Assembly: GCF_009834535.1 (NCBI RefSeq)
Contig: NC_045696.1
Span: forward strand, 80,788,001-80,852,000
DNA length: 64,000 nucleotides
Source: Camelus ferus
Taxonomy: Eukaryota
Direction: 5' to 3'
Below are positions 37,764-51,887 of this stretch, one piece after another (positions within the stretch are counted from its first letter, which is position 1; each line of letters begins with the position of its first letter). The notes under the pieces were generated by a model, which searched no databases, had not been told where the DNA came from, and saw only the letters and a program-made list of their open reading frames with translations. A program made the position numbers and the translations under genes.

Positions 37764-39499
37764 ACCTAATGGTTTAGCTGACACATCAGTAACCACAATT
37801 CAAAGATTAAATGCTGTGAAATAAGTACAAGTAATGTGCAGTGGGAAACAGAGTGTGGAGGAGTGGGTCAGAAGATTAATGAACAGCTGGAGAGCTGAGA
37901 AGCGCTAATGGAAGAGGGAGAGGTTAAGCAGGATCTTGTAAGGTGGATAAAGCCTTGACAGGTAGGGCATCTGGGGGGATGGCCCACCCCAGTCTCCTGA
38001 TGGGAGGGAGAGTGCAGAATGTGTGTGGGAGTAGGGGTATGGTTTAGCTAGGTGGACTGGAGGGTTGATGCGGGGGAAGGCACAACCAGAAACAGATAGA
38101 ATTGAGAGCGAGAGAGCTGGAAAGTTAACAAGTTCTTGGTTTTTGGATTTTGGTGGCAAGGAAACAGCATGATCAGAGCTGCGTGTAAGAAGGGCAACTC
38201 TGGCATTGTGATGGGTGGCGTGGGAAGAGAAAGAGTGATTTCAGGAGAGCCCGTTAGGAATTATTGGGGCAGCCCAACCCACAAGCAAGAAGAGCATGAA
38301 GGTGGGAAGGATGTCACTGTGGGATGAATCTGGCAGAAGCCACAGGTTTGGTAGTTGACTGGTTACTGGGGATGAGGGAGATGGAAAGGTCAAGAGAGAC
38401 AGAGAATTCAAGTCTGAGTTGTTGGGGAAGAATGAGGGGGCTGGATCTCTCAGGGGAAATACACTGGATAAGACAGTCTAGTGGGACCTTTGTTTCTCCA
38501 GGAGGGGACTGGATCAGATGCCCTTAAAGGTCTCTTTTTGTATGATTATAATCAATGTTTTGAGGGCTGTTGATTGTCTGAAATAGTACAGAATATATCT
38601 GTACCAGAAATAAATGGCTTATATATAACAGGTACTCATATATTTGTTGATCGGTTGATCTGGGTTAATCATTAGCTTTAAAATATTTACATTTGTAGAT
38701 AGCTTTCTTTTTAAGCTTTTCTTCATTTCACTTATAGTTTTCTTAGTGTGTCGACTTGCTCTTCCTCCATGCATATGAACATTTTTTGGATTTGTGTTCT
38801 ATGTATATATTTTTTAAAAGTATAACAAATATTTTAAACCTTCTGGACTCATTCTTCCATTATAATAAGCACACTATGTATTCATATATTTGTCTTTCCC
38901 ACTGGATTACGAACTCCTTTTGAGTAAAGAACATCTTTTATTCATTTTTGTCTTCCTCACTGCACTCATCATAAGTGCTCGTATAAAGTGACCAGCAAAT
39001 GTTTGAGGAATTGGATTGAATCATTGGGTAGAAGTCAATTACTCTTTGCTTCTTTAGGGAGAGACAAAATGGTTTAGGCAATAAAAAGTGATAGTTTAAA
39101 GGGAAATGGAAATCTATGTATTTTGGGAGGCTGAAAGAGGAAACAGTAATCCAGTAGACTTTCAGGACTGGAACAGAGATATTCATGGACATTTCAGGAA
39201 TCAGAAGCAGAAGCCCATAAAAATGAGGAAAGTTTTCAGTTCTGTCTTAAATTAGCTGTTCCAAACCCTGTGCCAGATGTTCTACTCTGGAACTTAGTTT
39301 CTTCATTTGTAAGGTTGTGATTGTAGTAAATTATAGACTTTTACACCTCTCTGCACGTCGTTTTGGGGAGAATTTTAAGCAGAGGGACCAGGATGAGGAA
39401 AGCACCAGAGATAGGAAAGAGTATGTGTATTCTTTGTGACCAGGGTGTGACCTGCTAGGAAAGGGAGCAGGAAGGCGAGAGAGCAGCCCGGTTTCAGAG

Positions 39500-39975
39500 G
39501 GTGGGGAGCTGCCAAGGTGAGGAGAGTCTTGTGCCAGGTAGTTTATTTGGGAATGCCATCTGGGGAGCAGTAGTGAAGGACCAGAAAGAGCCACAGAGGG
39601 AAGGAGACAGAGCCAGTACGAGGTGGGGTTTATTGAGTTGGCCCTTGCTCTTAGCAACTGGTTGCTTGTTTCCAAGGGATCTTCTTATGAAATACATCTC
39701 AGCGTAGTTCAGCTGGAGAGAAAAAGGGAGAAGCTTTTATTCATGTTCTTGTCCTCCATTGATTAAAGGCAGCCCCACTTTTTCAGACAGGGCATGTCTG
39801 ACTGCCAGGTGGGTTCCCATGGGCACCTCACGAAACAACATCAGAGGAGCTTAGGCTCGAGAGGCCCTGCCAGATTGCACTTGCATGACACTGGATTCTT
39901 CATGGAAGTGGCCACCATTGCAGTGGCGGGGATAGAAGGTGAGCTTGAGAGGATTTGAAGTTGTGCATAAAAGGT
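39500..39975 (-). mobile_element. ERVL LTR (LTR16-like)
   Basis: 'ttgtgccaggtagtttatttgggaa...gggagcagtagtgaagga...gagacagagccagtacgaggtggggtttattgag' resembles a reverse-strand LTR16. Confidence 0.55.
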
Positions 39976-40036
39976 GGGTGATGCAGGGAGCTACTGACGG
40001 ATTTTTAACAAAGGACCCACCTAATCAGATTTATAT

Positions 40037-40856
40037 AATGGTGTACTGGTAAATGTTTAACAACCAGCTTGCCAGAAAAATGAATGTATGTGTGTGTGTG
40101 TGTATCAGTAATAAATTTGACTGATATAAAGGGTGTGTAGTACACAATTTACAAATAATGATAAGACAGACAATAAATACTCTCCTTGTAAAGTCCATAT
40201 AGCTAATTGATTCTGACAGTTTGTTTTCACTGAACTCCTATATCCATGGCCAACCCATGGACGAGAGAGGCTAGTTGATGCTTTCCTGTTAACAGTGTGA
40301 AGTGAGATGAAAGTGAAACAATGAAGGCAGATCCTAGAACTTCACTTGCTCATTAAAGCATCTTCTTTATGAGCTGAATAGTACTAGAAGTTTATTTCCT
40401 CAACTTTTTGTTTTATTTACAATATAACTACATCATGCATTTTATTAACATTTTCTCCATCACTTTCTTAAGCTTAGACAATCAACAAAACAAAAACCAG
40501 GCTAAGATACATAGGGTTTGTCAGTTTCCATATGAAAATATTGCCATTATAGCTGCTTTCAAGTTACAGGGAATTGGGAAGAGATGGGCTGGAGCAAAAC
40601 ATTTTACAGCATTTCCGCATACAGTGAAGCAGACCTAAGTGATCCAATAGCATGGATATTACTCGTGTACTGAAGTAATAAAGAAGTCATAAATTTCCAA
40701 TATTTATTACCTTTGGGCTTAATATAATTAATTTCATTATAAATTTATATAATTTAATTGTTAATAATTGCTACGTTTAACAGCTAATTCATAAAATTTC
40801 TGAAAATCTACCAGTCAGTTCTCAGGAGCTGGAACGAGCCAGCCCAGCACACTCCT
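40037..40856 (-). mobile_element. MER63-like hAT (Blackjack) element, long variant
   Basis: Ends 'atggtgtactggtaaatgtttaacaaccagc' and 'tctcaggagctggaacgagccagcccagcacactcctg'. The right end is the inverse of the fragment at 30990. Confidence 0.75.
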
Positions 40857-43129
40857 GGAGTTATAACCAGAAGCTCACTTTGGTTGCGATCTAAAAATGT
40901 TTTGAAGGGGAATGGTCCTGAGGCAAGGAAAAAGTACCCAAGCTATGTTAGGGGTGAAAAGTAGAAGATACACTTAGGAAATGTCTTTAGATCTTACCAG
41001 CATGAAGCTTCAAATGACGTTATTTTACTAGAGATAGTGCAGATTTCACTGGTTTGTGTTCAAACATGGATGTAGGGCCTTTAATAAAAAGTCTTCTCCA
41101 GATATTCTTGGCATCTCTGAGATTGCTTATGTGTACTTGCAGAGGCTCTTGCCTTTTGGGTTTTGTTGATGGCCATGGGCCAAAGGGATTTGAGGGTGAG
41201 ACCCCACCCCTGCCATGGCTGCAGATGTCTTCCTGGAGAATGGGGTCCATGCCACGGAAGCCATGTGCCAGGTCTTGACTTCCCAAGTTTGCACATCTAG
41301 GGGAGGGGGCTCTAGAAGGGTGTTGGAACCTGGCGTGTGCCCCACAGAAGTTTATCTCCAGGAGCTTGAAATTACTGGGATTGTTTTTCCATGACTCACA
41401 GAGGCAAGGGGAAGACAGGCTTCTCCATTTCTTCCTGTGAGTGCTCACTGCAGCGGCTTCGGCCGGTCTGGAGCTGGGTGGGGAAACTGCCCCTCTTGTT
41501 TCTCCTGTTTTGGCTCTTGGAAGTCACAGAGGTGTCTCTATCTGAAGTTCCCTGCTCCCCTCGCAGATCAGCCGGTGCAGATGAGTCCCGATGGCCAGAA
41601 GCCCCTCTGATCATCGCGCACTTCCAGAGTGTATGTATTTCATCTGAGGGTCATCCAGCCCCTGCTGCTCTTAGTAGAAGAATGGAGATAAAAGGGTGGA
41701 AGTGGGCCCTCAGCACGTGGTGGGGCCAGTATCTGAGGCATGGAATGCTGAGGGTGGTGCGTGTGTGGCTGGGCGGTGGGAAGGGGAGAGAGGATGGAGT
41801 TGAGGTTTCAGGTAGAGAAGTTTAACCACGTTCAGTTTTGACTTTGATAAAATAGGTACCTTGGAGACAGTTCATTGTTCTGGGCATTCAGGAGAAAGAT
41901 GAAATAAATGGTGGTGTTGAGAGGAGTGAAGTGGATGAATTCATGGGTGAGTACAAGACACCCCCGACTCCCCGAGGACAGAGAATGAGAGCGAGTGGAC
42001 AGGGAGACTAGCCAGGGCTCAGAACCTAAAGGAACCCCCGTGTTTAAGAGATGATGTGGGGGAAAGGAGCCCAAGAACCAGACAGACAGAAATGTCCAGG
42101 GAACTCTGAAAGGAAGGAAGTGGCATGAACAAAGGAGCTGAGGCAGGACTGTGGCTTTGACTGGGAACAGTTTGGCTCATTGTGTTTACGCTTATGGTTT
42201 CCTAAAGTTTATCTGTTTCGAGTTATGATTATGTTAACCTTGCCTCCCTTCCTCCCTCTAATACAAGGAGTCAAGGACTGCAGTATCGTAAGTGACTCAG
42301 GGATAGGAAGTCATCTGACACTTTTGTACCGTGTTCATACTTTGATCCAGCCTTTGATAATCAGGGTGAGGAGAAAACAAATTTACTTTAAGCTAAAGGT
42401 TTTGGAAACGTCAACTTTTTCCTGTTTGATGTTGCTTGCTGTGTTTTCCATATTAATCACTTCATTTTCCCCTTGGAAAATGATTTTTTTTCTCTTGCAC
42501 AGTTGTCAGCTGCCTGGTGTGTCACAGTTTTTCACCATGATATCGGGACACAATAAGAGCTCGAGCTGGCAGGGTTATCACCAAAAGTGATGCCACTCTA
42601 GGTGGTTATGCTCACGAACATACAGAAAGGCCAGTGCTACTGAAGTGAATTACAGGTTTTGAAATGACCATGTGGTTCGCGTTCAGCAAAAAAAAATATA
42701 TACCCCAGACGTGTTCAAGGGTTGTTGGTTTGGGAGAAATTTAGATGACTCTGACATGAAAAGACAGAGCCTATCTAAAGAGATAGCAGTGTGAATTTTC
42801 TACAGCACAGATCTGTCGAATAAGTGGATTTGGATGTGACCACAGGCCTGCCATGGGAAATTCTATTCCATGGGAATTAAAGTTAGTGGCTTTGAGAAGG
42901 CATTTATTGCAGGCTATGAAAACTTTTCTTGTATTCTTTTGTCAAAGCATAGACACATGGAGACATAAAGATGGGCTTTTCCTGTGATCGTTATCTGCTC
43001 TAATCTTCTTAAACGCTGAATGTGGCCCCATGCACGTAACAGTGAAAATAAATACAGCTATTCCTTGTTATATAGCAACTTGGATGTGTTAGTTTATTGC
43101 TAAGAAGTAGGAAGACTAGAGAAGACGGT

Positions 43130-43805
43130 CCTTACATCAGGTAGGTATTGTTTAGCTACAAGTATCAGAGGCCCCCAGATAGTGGCTTTATTTCCCATAT
43201 TAAAGCAATCTGGGAGTGGGCTGCTGAGAGCTGTCACAAGAGCAGGAATCAGCAGGCTCTCTTTAGCTGTCCAGTCTGCCACCTCCAGGATGTGGCCCAT
43301 GTCCAAGAGGGCTGCTGGAGCTCCAACCATCATGCAATCAGCCCTCCGTCTTCTGCGGGTTCCACATCAAACACGGATTAAAAAATATTTAGAAAAATTT
43401 CCAGAAAGTTCCAAAAAACAAAACTTCAATTTGCCACATACTGGCATCTATTTACATAGTATTTACATTGTATTTGCAACTATTTGCATAGTATTTACAT
43501 TGTATTAGGTAGTATAAGTAATCTAGAGATGATCTGAAGTAAATAGGAGGATGTGCATAGCTAATATGCAAAGGATACACCATTTTATATAAGGGAATTG
43601 AGCTTTGGCAGATACCCAGGGTGGTTGGGGGTGTCCTGGAACCAATCCCACAAAGATTGGGACGACTGTATTTACATTACAGGCAGAGAATGAAGAGGGG
43701 AGATGGGCATGCCATTTCCCTTTTAGGAGATCTCAGATTTCCAACACTCCTACTTAGGTGTCACTGGCCAGAGCTTAGGCACAGAGCTGTAACTACCTGC
43801 CAGCA
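43130..43805 (-). mobile_element. Old MaLR LTR (MLT1J/K-like) interrupted by a Tigger element
   Basis: 'tctgccacctccaggatgtggccc...ggctgctggagctccaaccatcatg' resumes after 43670 as 'caggcagagaatgaagagggg...tcactggccagagcttaggcaca'. Confidence 0.6.
43334..43670. mobile_element. Tigger3a/MER7-type TcMar MITE
   Basis: 'cagccctccgtcttctgcgggttccacatc...ttccagaaagttccaaaaaacaaaactt...taagtaatctagagatgat...tcctggaaccaatccc...gacgactgta'. Confidence 0.85.
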
Positions 43806-44014
43806 TTGTGTTTAATTCACTCCCTACCTCTAAATTATTACAAATTTCACTTTTTAAAGACTGAATTACTCCACAATCTTCTGTTCTCCTGGCCGTTATT
43901 GCAAGAGATTGAGAGAGAACTCAGTTGCAAGAGTGAGATCCTTTAGTGTCTTCCTGGACGATTCCATGCCAAGAGGTCTTCCTCTGTGTCTTTGCAGCCG
44001 TAATAACTGTAACA

Positions 44015-44535
44015 TCAAGAATCAGCCAGGGTTTACCCTGGAGGCAGAGCTGGTAGTTTATATAGATTAAGGGATTAATCTATTACGGAATTGGCTTTCT
44101 CAGTTGTGGGGCCTGCTAAGAATGCTTGAAATCCGTAGGGCAAGCAGTCAAGAGGAGAATATTATTGGCAGGCTGGAGCAGGAGCTAAAGCTTGGAGTCT
44201 CTGAATTCTGGGAGGGCCTAAGCTCTCTTTTAAAGGGCTTTTAACTAATTACATCAGTCCCGCTCAGTATAATTGTACTTCTGACTAATTAAATCAACTG
44301 ATTAGATATCTTAATTACATCTGCAGAATCCCTCCACAGTGGTGCTAGATTAGCTTTGATTGACTACCTGGGGAAAGGTATGTGTGTACTGCAGCATGGC
44401 TGGTGCCTCCCTTTACTGCAGCTCTCAGGATTCAATAGCCCTGGTAGTGGTGCCCCTAACTGGAGCCTTGTAAGAAAGGGAATTCTGGGGAATAGAGTGC
44501 CGCCAAACCAAGCTGAGGTATCACAAAACCATCGT
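44015..44535 (-). mobile_element. MaLR LTR (MLT1E/F-like)
   Basis: 'aatcaactgattagatatcttaattacatctgcagaatccctccacag...ctagattagctttgattga...ccaagctga...aaccatc'. Confidence 0.6.
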
Positions 44536-44841
44536 GTACTATTATTTAGTTGTCACCTAGAGAGAGAGGGTAAAAACAAATCAGTGCTTCTTCATTCTGA
44601 TATTCTGGCAGAAGGTGGACTGATGCTCTGATTGGTAGCTAAAATGAGGACCTGGTATTAATTGTGCATTTTAATTATATTTTTCTGCTTTGTTTTCCTT
44701 CTTTGTTTGTCAAGATAGTTAAGGCTTTATTTTTGATGTTTTCATTAGGCAAGTAAAAAGCTTTTAGGTGCATCGGTCACTGAACTTATCAAAGTTAACA
44801 GAACTTAAGATTTGCTTTTAAAACTAATGGTAAGATGTCCA

Positions 44842-45107
44842 ATGTTTTTCTTTCAGTTTTATTGAGGTATAATTGACATACAGCACTGTATAAGTTTAAG
44901 GTGTACAACATAAAGGCTTGACTTACAAATACCATGAAGTGATTATCACAGTAACTTTGGCGAACATCCATCATCTTGACAGACACACAATTAAAGAAAT
45001 AGACAAACATTTTCTGTAGTGAGAACTCAGAATTTACTCTCTTAACAACTTTCGTATATAACACACAGCAGTGTTAGTTATATTTATCGTGTTGTACAGT
45101 ACATCTC
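44842..45107 (-). mobile_element. 5'-truncated L1 3' end with TSD
   Basis: 'ttttattgaggtataattgacatacagcactgtataagtttaaggtgtacaacata'. TSD TAAGATGTCCA at 44831-44841 and 45108-45118. Confidence 0.85.
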
Positions 45108-46289
45108 TAAGATGTCCATTTTTTAATAGCACAAATGTTTTTTCTCATTTGTGCCTTTTTGGGTCTTCTTTATACAGAGATACTAATGGACCCTTTTGTT
45201 CTTTATTCAAACCGATAATAGCTTTTGTAATTAAAGCAAAAATTAGGAGCATTGCAGATCTGTTTTTACTGATGAGACTCAGATATGCATTAATCTTTTA
45301 TTGAAAGAATCCTCTATTCTTTTTCTAAAGTAACAGCTTTATTGAGATGTAACTCATATACCATGAAGTTCACCCTTTTAGAGTGTGCAATTCAGTGAAT
45401 TTTATTATATTCACAGGTTTGTGCATTGAGCATCACTAATTTCAGAACCTCTGAATTCTTTTATATGAAATACAGATGTGAATGTTTTAAGACAAATGAA
45501 GAATTTGAAAAACTCTGTTCTGTTGTCTGATTTAAATCACATGAAAACAGAAATCGGTGGCTTTTAGTCAGGGCAGAGTTGTAAACATTTGGTCTTAATT
45601 TTGTGAGCAGAATACACATGAGGCCTTCATTATGGGATTTTCTACCACTTAATATATTATTCCCTCAGATGTAGTTCAGAATCTGGGCTTTCCCTCATTT
45701 GTTTAACCAGTAGTTATTGAACCTCTAGTTTGTGCCAAGCTCAGTGCTAGGGGCTGGGGGTCCCAAGTTAAAGGAGACTTAGAAACTTTGTGGTCAGGTG
45801 GGTGCAGAGGTTGGTAAGGTCATTCTCTTGGCCTTCGTGATGCCATCTTGACTATGGTCTTGGGAGATGAAGCCCCTGGCGCTAGCATCCATGTGCTTGG
45901 GGATCCACAATTATGGAACTGTAGGTCTGTGGGAGGGAGGGAGGGGACGATATCTCTCAAGGAGGCTTTGAGAACACAGTTGAACATTCCATGAGAGACT
46001 CAGGTCTTCTTAGGGGCTGCGTTCACAGCAGCTACGGGAGAAACTGCCAAGGTCTTCTAAGATTGGATGCAAATTCTGACAAGTGCGGTGAGCCTCTCTG
46101 CAGTCAGTGAGAACTGAAGGAGCCCCACTGCAGTGGGGTTTGCATCCTCACTTCCTTCAGAACCCAGCTTACAGAGTACCTATCAGAGAGGCTTCCCTGA
46201 CCATCTCTCCAAAATAGAGCCCTGTCCCGCTCTACCACTTTGCTCTGCTTTCTACTTCTTCTGAGCTCTCATATCTGATACATATATTT

Positions 46290-46615
46290 ATTTATTCATT
46301 CATTTGTTTGTTTGTAATTGAAGTGTAGTCATTTATGATGTCAATTTCTCATGTACAGCTTAATGTTTCAATCCTACACATACATACATATATTCCTTTT
46401 CAGATCCTTTTCCATTATAGGTTACTACAAGATATTGAATATAGTTCCCTGTGCTATAAGTAGAAACTTGTTAGTCTATTTTATATACAGAAGTTAGTAT
46501 CTGCAAATCTCAAACTCCCAATTTATCTCTTCCTACCCTTTTCCCCCTGCTGGTAACCATAAGTTTTCTATGTCTGTGAGTCTATTTCTGTTTTGTAAAT
46601 AAGTTCATTTGTGTC

Positions 46616-46646
<31 letters not shown>

Positions 46647-46893
46647 TTCCACATAAGTAATGTCATATGGCATTTTTCTTTCTCTTTCTGGCTTACTTCA
46701 CTTAGGATGATGATCTTCAGGTCCATCCATGTTGCTTCAAATGGCAATATTTTATTCTTTTTTATGGCTAAGTAGTATTCCATTATATATACCACAACCA
46801 ACGTCTTTATGCATTCATTTGTTGATGAACATTTAGGCTGTTTCCATGTCTTGGCTATTGTAAATAGTGCTGCTGTGAACACTGGGGTGCATG
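46290..46893 (-). mobile_element. 5'-truncated L1 (ORF2 end plus 3' UTR) inserted into an L2
   Basis: ORF 46568-46882 'MFTAALFTIAKTWKQPKCSS...ILPFEATWMDLKIIILSEVSQKEK' is the L1 ORF2 C-terminus. TSD TGATACAT(A/T)TATTT at 46276-46289 and 46894-46907. L2 sequence lies on both sides. Confidence 0.9.
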
Positions 46894-48259
46894 TGATACA
46901 TTTATTTTTTATTTCAGTGCCCTTGCCCCACGAGAGGAGATATTTTGTTCTGTTTGCTGCACTCTCTCCAGTACAATGTCTAGTGCTGTGTCTGGCACAT
47001 AGTGCTAATAAAGATTCATGGTGTGCATGATGAAATATCTAAATAAGATGCAAATTATAAAATTCTATTTATATGTTTCCTTATGCAAGCAGAAATTAAT
47101 TTTCTTAATAAATACCCCAGATCTTTTGATGTATATTTATTTGTGGATGATAATTGGATGAGGCTAGTTTCTCACTGCAAAATAACAGTCTGAAATTCGA
47201 ATCCATCTTACCTTTTCTTTTCCTAGTCCTCAGTATGAAGCTGAAAACAGCTAGGACTTTGCTAATTGGTCCAATTTAAAATGCATGCTTTCCAAACTTG
47301 GTTAAGGCCTCACTTAGAATGTAAACTTTCTGGGAGCAGGAAGTTTGTCTGTTCTCTTTTGTATTCAGAGAGCCTAGAACAATGCCTGGCACCCAGTAGG
47401 CAGTAAATACCTTCCACCCCTCTCTCAATAACTGACCTGGTGTCCCTCTTCTCCAAGAAAACAGGCCACAGGAATGAACTCCCTCAGAATCCCTTAGACT
47501 CCAGACACTTCCATCCTCCTTTCCCTCTTTCTTATCTGTCTCAAACTGCTTGTGTGTGTTTTCCTAAGTGTGTTTTTCTTTCTTTTATGGGACTTCCTAT
47601 GGGGCACTCCCACTCTCAGATATGAAGCCATTTAATCACTATTAAATCTTTCCCTTCGACTTAAGGAATGCCCAAGTCTCTCCCACACGTCCAGACCTCG
47701 TCTGGACCCTCCTTGTCTCTTGTTTTTCCCTTTACCGCAGCCTCCTAGGCACGCCAGTGCTTTCCTGCTCCCTCCCCTCGTCTCCTGAAACTGCCCAGGA
47801 AGACCACCACGACGCCGAATTGCCTAACTCAGTGGCCCTGCACAGTGTTCAGCTAGTCCATTGTTGGCGCCTATCTGAGCCTGCTGACTTACCCCCAGTC
47901 CTCTTGAAATTGGTGCCATGACACTCTGCTTTCCCTGCACCCCCATTTTGGTTTTGCGCACCTTTGGCAATGGCATTGCCCACACCTCCTTGTTTAAATA
48001 AGAAGTGTGGTCATCTTTGACCTCCCGCCTCCCTGACTTCGACTGCAGCTCGTTTCTAAATTCTTCCTTGATGCTTCCTTTCCATTCCCACTGCGGCCAC
48101 TGCCCGAGTGGGCTCTTAGCACATGGAATACTGGAATGCTGCTGATTCTCTGCCTCCAGCTTTACAGAATGGTCTTTCTAAAACAAAGATTGGCTTAAGT
48201 CCTTCTATGCTCCCCATCACCAAGGATTGGATCTAAAACTTAGCATGGTATTCAAGATC

Positions 48260-48625
48260 TGTTTCAGTCCATTCATAACAAAATATCACCGACTGGTAGC
48301 TTACAAACAACAAGAACTTGTTGCTCATTGTTCTGGAAGCTTGAAGTCCAAGATCAAGGTGTCAGCATGGTTGCTTTCTGATGAGAGGCCCTCTTCCCAA
48401 TTCATAACCAGCACCTTCTCACTGTGTCCTCATATTGCTGAAGGGGGCTAGGGAGCTCTCTGGACCTCTTTTATAAGTTACTATCCCATTCATTAGGACT
48501 CCATCTTCATGATTTGAGCACTGCTCTCCACCTCAATGACCCCACCTCCTAATACCATCACCTCTGGGGGTTAAGATTTCAACATATGAATTTGGGGGAG
48601 AGCACAAACATTCAGATTCACAGTA
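48260..48625 (-). mobile_element. MLT1A-type MaLR solo LTR nested in L2 sequence (about 47700-49100)
   Basis: 'ataacaaaatatcaccgactggtagcttacaaacaaca...ttctggaagcttgaagtccaagatcaagg...cctcctaataccatcacc...gatttcaacatatgaatttgggggag...aaacattcag'. Confidence 0.85.
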
Positions 48626-51600
48626 AGACCCTTCTCCATGTGACTGTCATGTGGTTTCTCAACTCCATTTCCAGGTTCCCCAGTATACATACACACATCC
48701 TCTCTACGTTTCTCTCCTTGCCTCCCTCCTTCCCACCCCGTCTCTGTCTCTGCAGGGATTCTCAGTGCCAGGGCATGCCATGTGCTCTCGGCTTTTGGTC
48801 TCTTTGAATAGGATGCCCTCCCTCCCTTGTCCACTTACAGATGGAAACATCCTATGCCTCCCTGGAGTCTTCCCTGACCACCCGTCGTCCCTGCATGCTG
48901 GCTCACTTCTGCCCCGCTCTGGGTTTGCACGGCACCTTCACACACTGCTCTGTACACAGCCATCCAGGCCACACAGGCTGCCTCCTCTGTGAGTCTGCCA
49001 GCTTTCAGAAGACAGCATCTGTCTTAGTCATCCTTGAATCCTCAGTGCCTTAGCAGGGTGCATAGCAGATAGAAAGTATTCTGTAGATTGGAATGAAGGA
49101 TTCAAATTCAAATAAGAGGTCTCATTTATGAATGCAAACCAACCCCTGTAATGGCAGCAGAGAATTTAAGTGCAAACAGATCATTGGACTTGGCGATAGA
49201 AGTGTATCTGAACTGTAATAAATGCTCTTCTTTGCCTTCTTAAGCTATCTTCAGTAGAGATTTTTTTTTTTTTTTATAAAAGTGGAGAATCCCAGGTCAG
49301 CATATGTGTTAAAGCTCTTTTGTCCAGGACCGAACTGCACTTTCTCGCCATCCTGACAGTACTTTCCTGGGTCAGGGTTCAGGAGACGTGAGGAGTTTTT
49401 AGAACAGTTCAAAGAATGTATAGTAAAAGTTTGTTATTTTGTTTCATTCGTTGCTGGATTGTTTTTGTGTGTTTTGGTTTTTATTTGGAAAGTTAATGAG
49501 AGACAAGTTGTTAGAAATCCAGAGGCAGGCTGTTTGGTTTATTGGCATGCTAACTGAATGAACTCAGTTGCATGAGTCATCCAGGAATCTGTGCATTAAG
49601 GAAAAGTTCACTCCTTGCCCTCCCTCGTGTTGGTAGTTTGTGAACCTGGCCTGGTTTTCTCGGCAGTTGGTAAACTGATCACCCTGTTTCTGTCTCTCTG
49701 TCACCCATCTCATCAGTTTACAGGCCAACATATCCTCTGTTCAGTTCTCACAAAGAGAAAATGAGGGTGCGCTCACAAAAGTTAATTCTGTTCTTGAGGC
49801 TGACAATCATAATGCTTTGTTAAAAGAACGCTTTTCTTCATTTTTTTTTAAACAAGTTTGTTCTTGTAGTATCTGAATTTCATTAGACTATCAGGGAAAA
49901 GAGATTTCCTTTTCTCAAATGAGAATACAGGCACAACGGACTGACTTGCCGCTTCATAGGAGACATCAACCTACCTTGTTTATACCTGCTCCCCGGCCCC
50001 CAGTACACAGCACATCACGCACATTAAATACCATGAACATGAACACCACAGCAGGAATGTTAAAAAGGGATAAAATGTCCTTAATCCTTAATTTTATTTT
50101 CTGGGCATTTTGATATCTAAGTGAGTTATCACATATGCAAATAAGCTTTAGATTCGTTTCCTGGTGAATAAATCCATAACAATTTCTTTTGGGTTAATAT
50201 TATGGTCGTCAGGTTTTTCTTTGGTACTGCAGTTTGTACTTGCAGTGTGAGGGAAGCATCAGCCACTTGGGGGCACCCAGGTATTTCTATAATTAAAAAA
50301 AACTGAAGGAATTGCCAAGGGAACGTAATTTGATCCTAAGAAAAACAGGGGTGAAAAGTACTCAGTGCAGACTGACCATTCCAATGACTAATCCAGAAAG
50401 CAAGTCTGTGCGGTGCCCTGATGACCATAGCCTAAGGAAGGAAATTCACCAGACAGCCTAATTTACTATACAGAGTCAGTAAAACCCCAGCCAGGTTCCT
50501 GTTTGTTAGTGGGACTTCTCATGGAGCCCAGAGGGAGAGACTAATGGTGGAAAAGCAGAATGAAGAGTGATTGTCCACAGAATTCAACTGTAAGCTTCCC
50601 CAGGGCCTAGACCACGTTTTCTGATCCTCCGTCGTGTGCTGGGTGCCCAGTTCTCCACTGGAGATGTGCACCCTCTAAGTATTTGTTTATGGCATGAACT
50701 TGATGGATGAGTTGTCTGAATGTACAAGGAATTTAACAAAGAATGGGTGGACAGAGGCTGGAAGGTTTGAAGCAATGACGACCTGTTAATGAAGGGAGCC
50801 AATTAGCAATGAGACATAACTACAAGGCATTGCAGGTATTTATAAGAAATATTTGCTTGGCTCAAATGTTTGCATGAGAGATGAGAATTGGTAAGGAAAA
50901 CCCCACGTCACCTAGTCTAGTTGAAATTTTGTCAGATTGAGATATTGTGTTATATACATTATACATACAAAACACATAATAGACTTGTTCATTTGCATTT
51001 TGAGTATGTAATCAAACAACGCAGAAGCTCAAATGACAGGGATGCTCAAAGTATAATTTTTATGGAACCATCCCATGCAAATTTATGATTATAATGTTGC
51101 TTTTTGAGGGATAAGACATTCTGAAATGACTTTGGAATTCTCAAATAATATTCAGTTACGTTAAAATGTACTTTTAGTGTTCTTAATTTTTTATCCTGTT
51201 CTAGTTTCTTGAGAATTGGAGATCCAAGTAGCTGCCTGGGTAACTCAGTCCCTTTGTTAACCCTGATTCAGTAGACAGGACTCTGGGTTGGAGGGTCCGT
51301 CTGGCCATCTGTTTTCGGTTGGGTTCAGGGGTGGCTGCTCCTTAATTCTAGCTTCCTGAGTCCTGTCTTCCACTTTGTAGCTTCAGAATTTCACTTTTAT
51401 TAAGTCAGCTAGGGGTGAATGAACCCTGTACATTTGCTAGGTTCTCAAACTCACTGGGGGCTGATGAAGACAGGATACTGTTTTATTTGCTCTAAGAAAT
51501 TATTATTTCCAAGTACTCCAGAATGTATTATTTATTGGTGGGTAAAACATTCTTCTCCCAGGAAAATCTGTCATGAAACCACAGTGAGTTCACAAGGCTC

Positions 51601-51887
51601 CTTGGAGGCAACAGGGCAGAATAAAGGGCACCTGATGATCTTAATCCTAAAACACGACTTCCACCTTGGAAATTCAATTGCAGAAGCATTAACGGAGTGT
51701 CTGTTGCATGTAGAGGAAAGGGAGCCCACAGCTGTTGAACCCTGTCTACGCCGCGAGCGCTGTGCTGGGTGCTTTTACACAGTTGATTTTGTATGCTTGT
51801 TGGGTTTAGTCCCATTGGATGAGTAAATCACTGTGGAGAGTGTAGGGCTGAAAGTGGCAGCCTCTGCCTTTGAGGACATTCTAGACT

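Noticed and set aside
43449..43506. Tandem duplication 'tatttacatagtatttacattgtatt'
   Set aside because: It lies inside the Tigger3a-type element and, as I recall, occurs in other copies of that family, so it is unlikely to be locus-specific.
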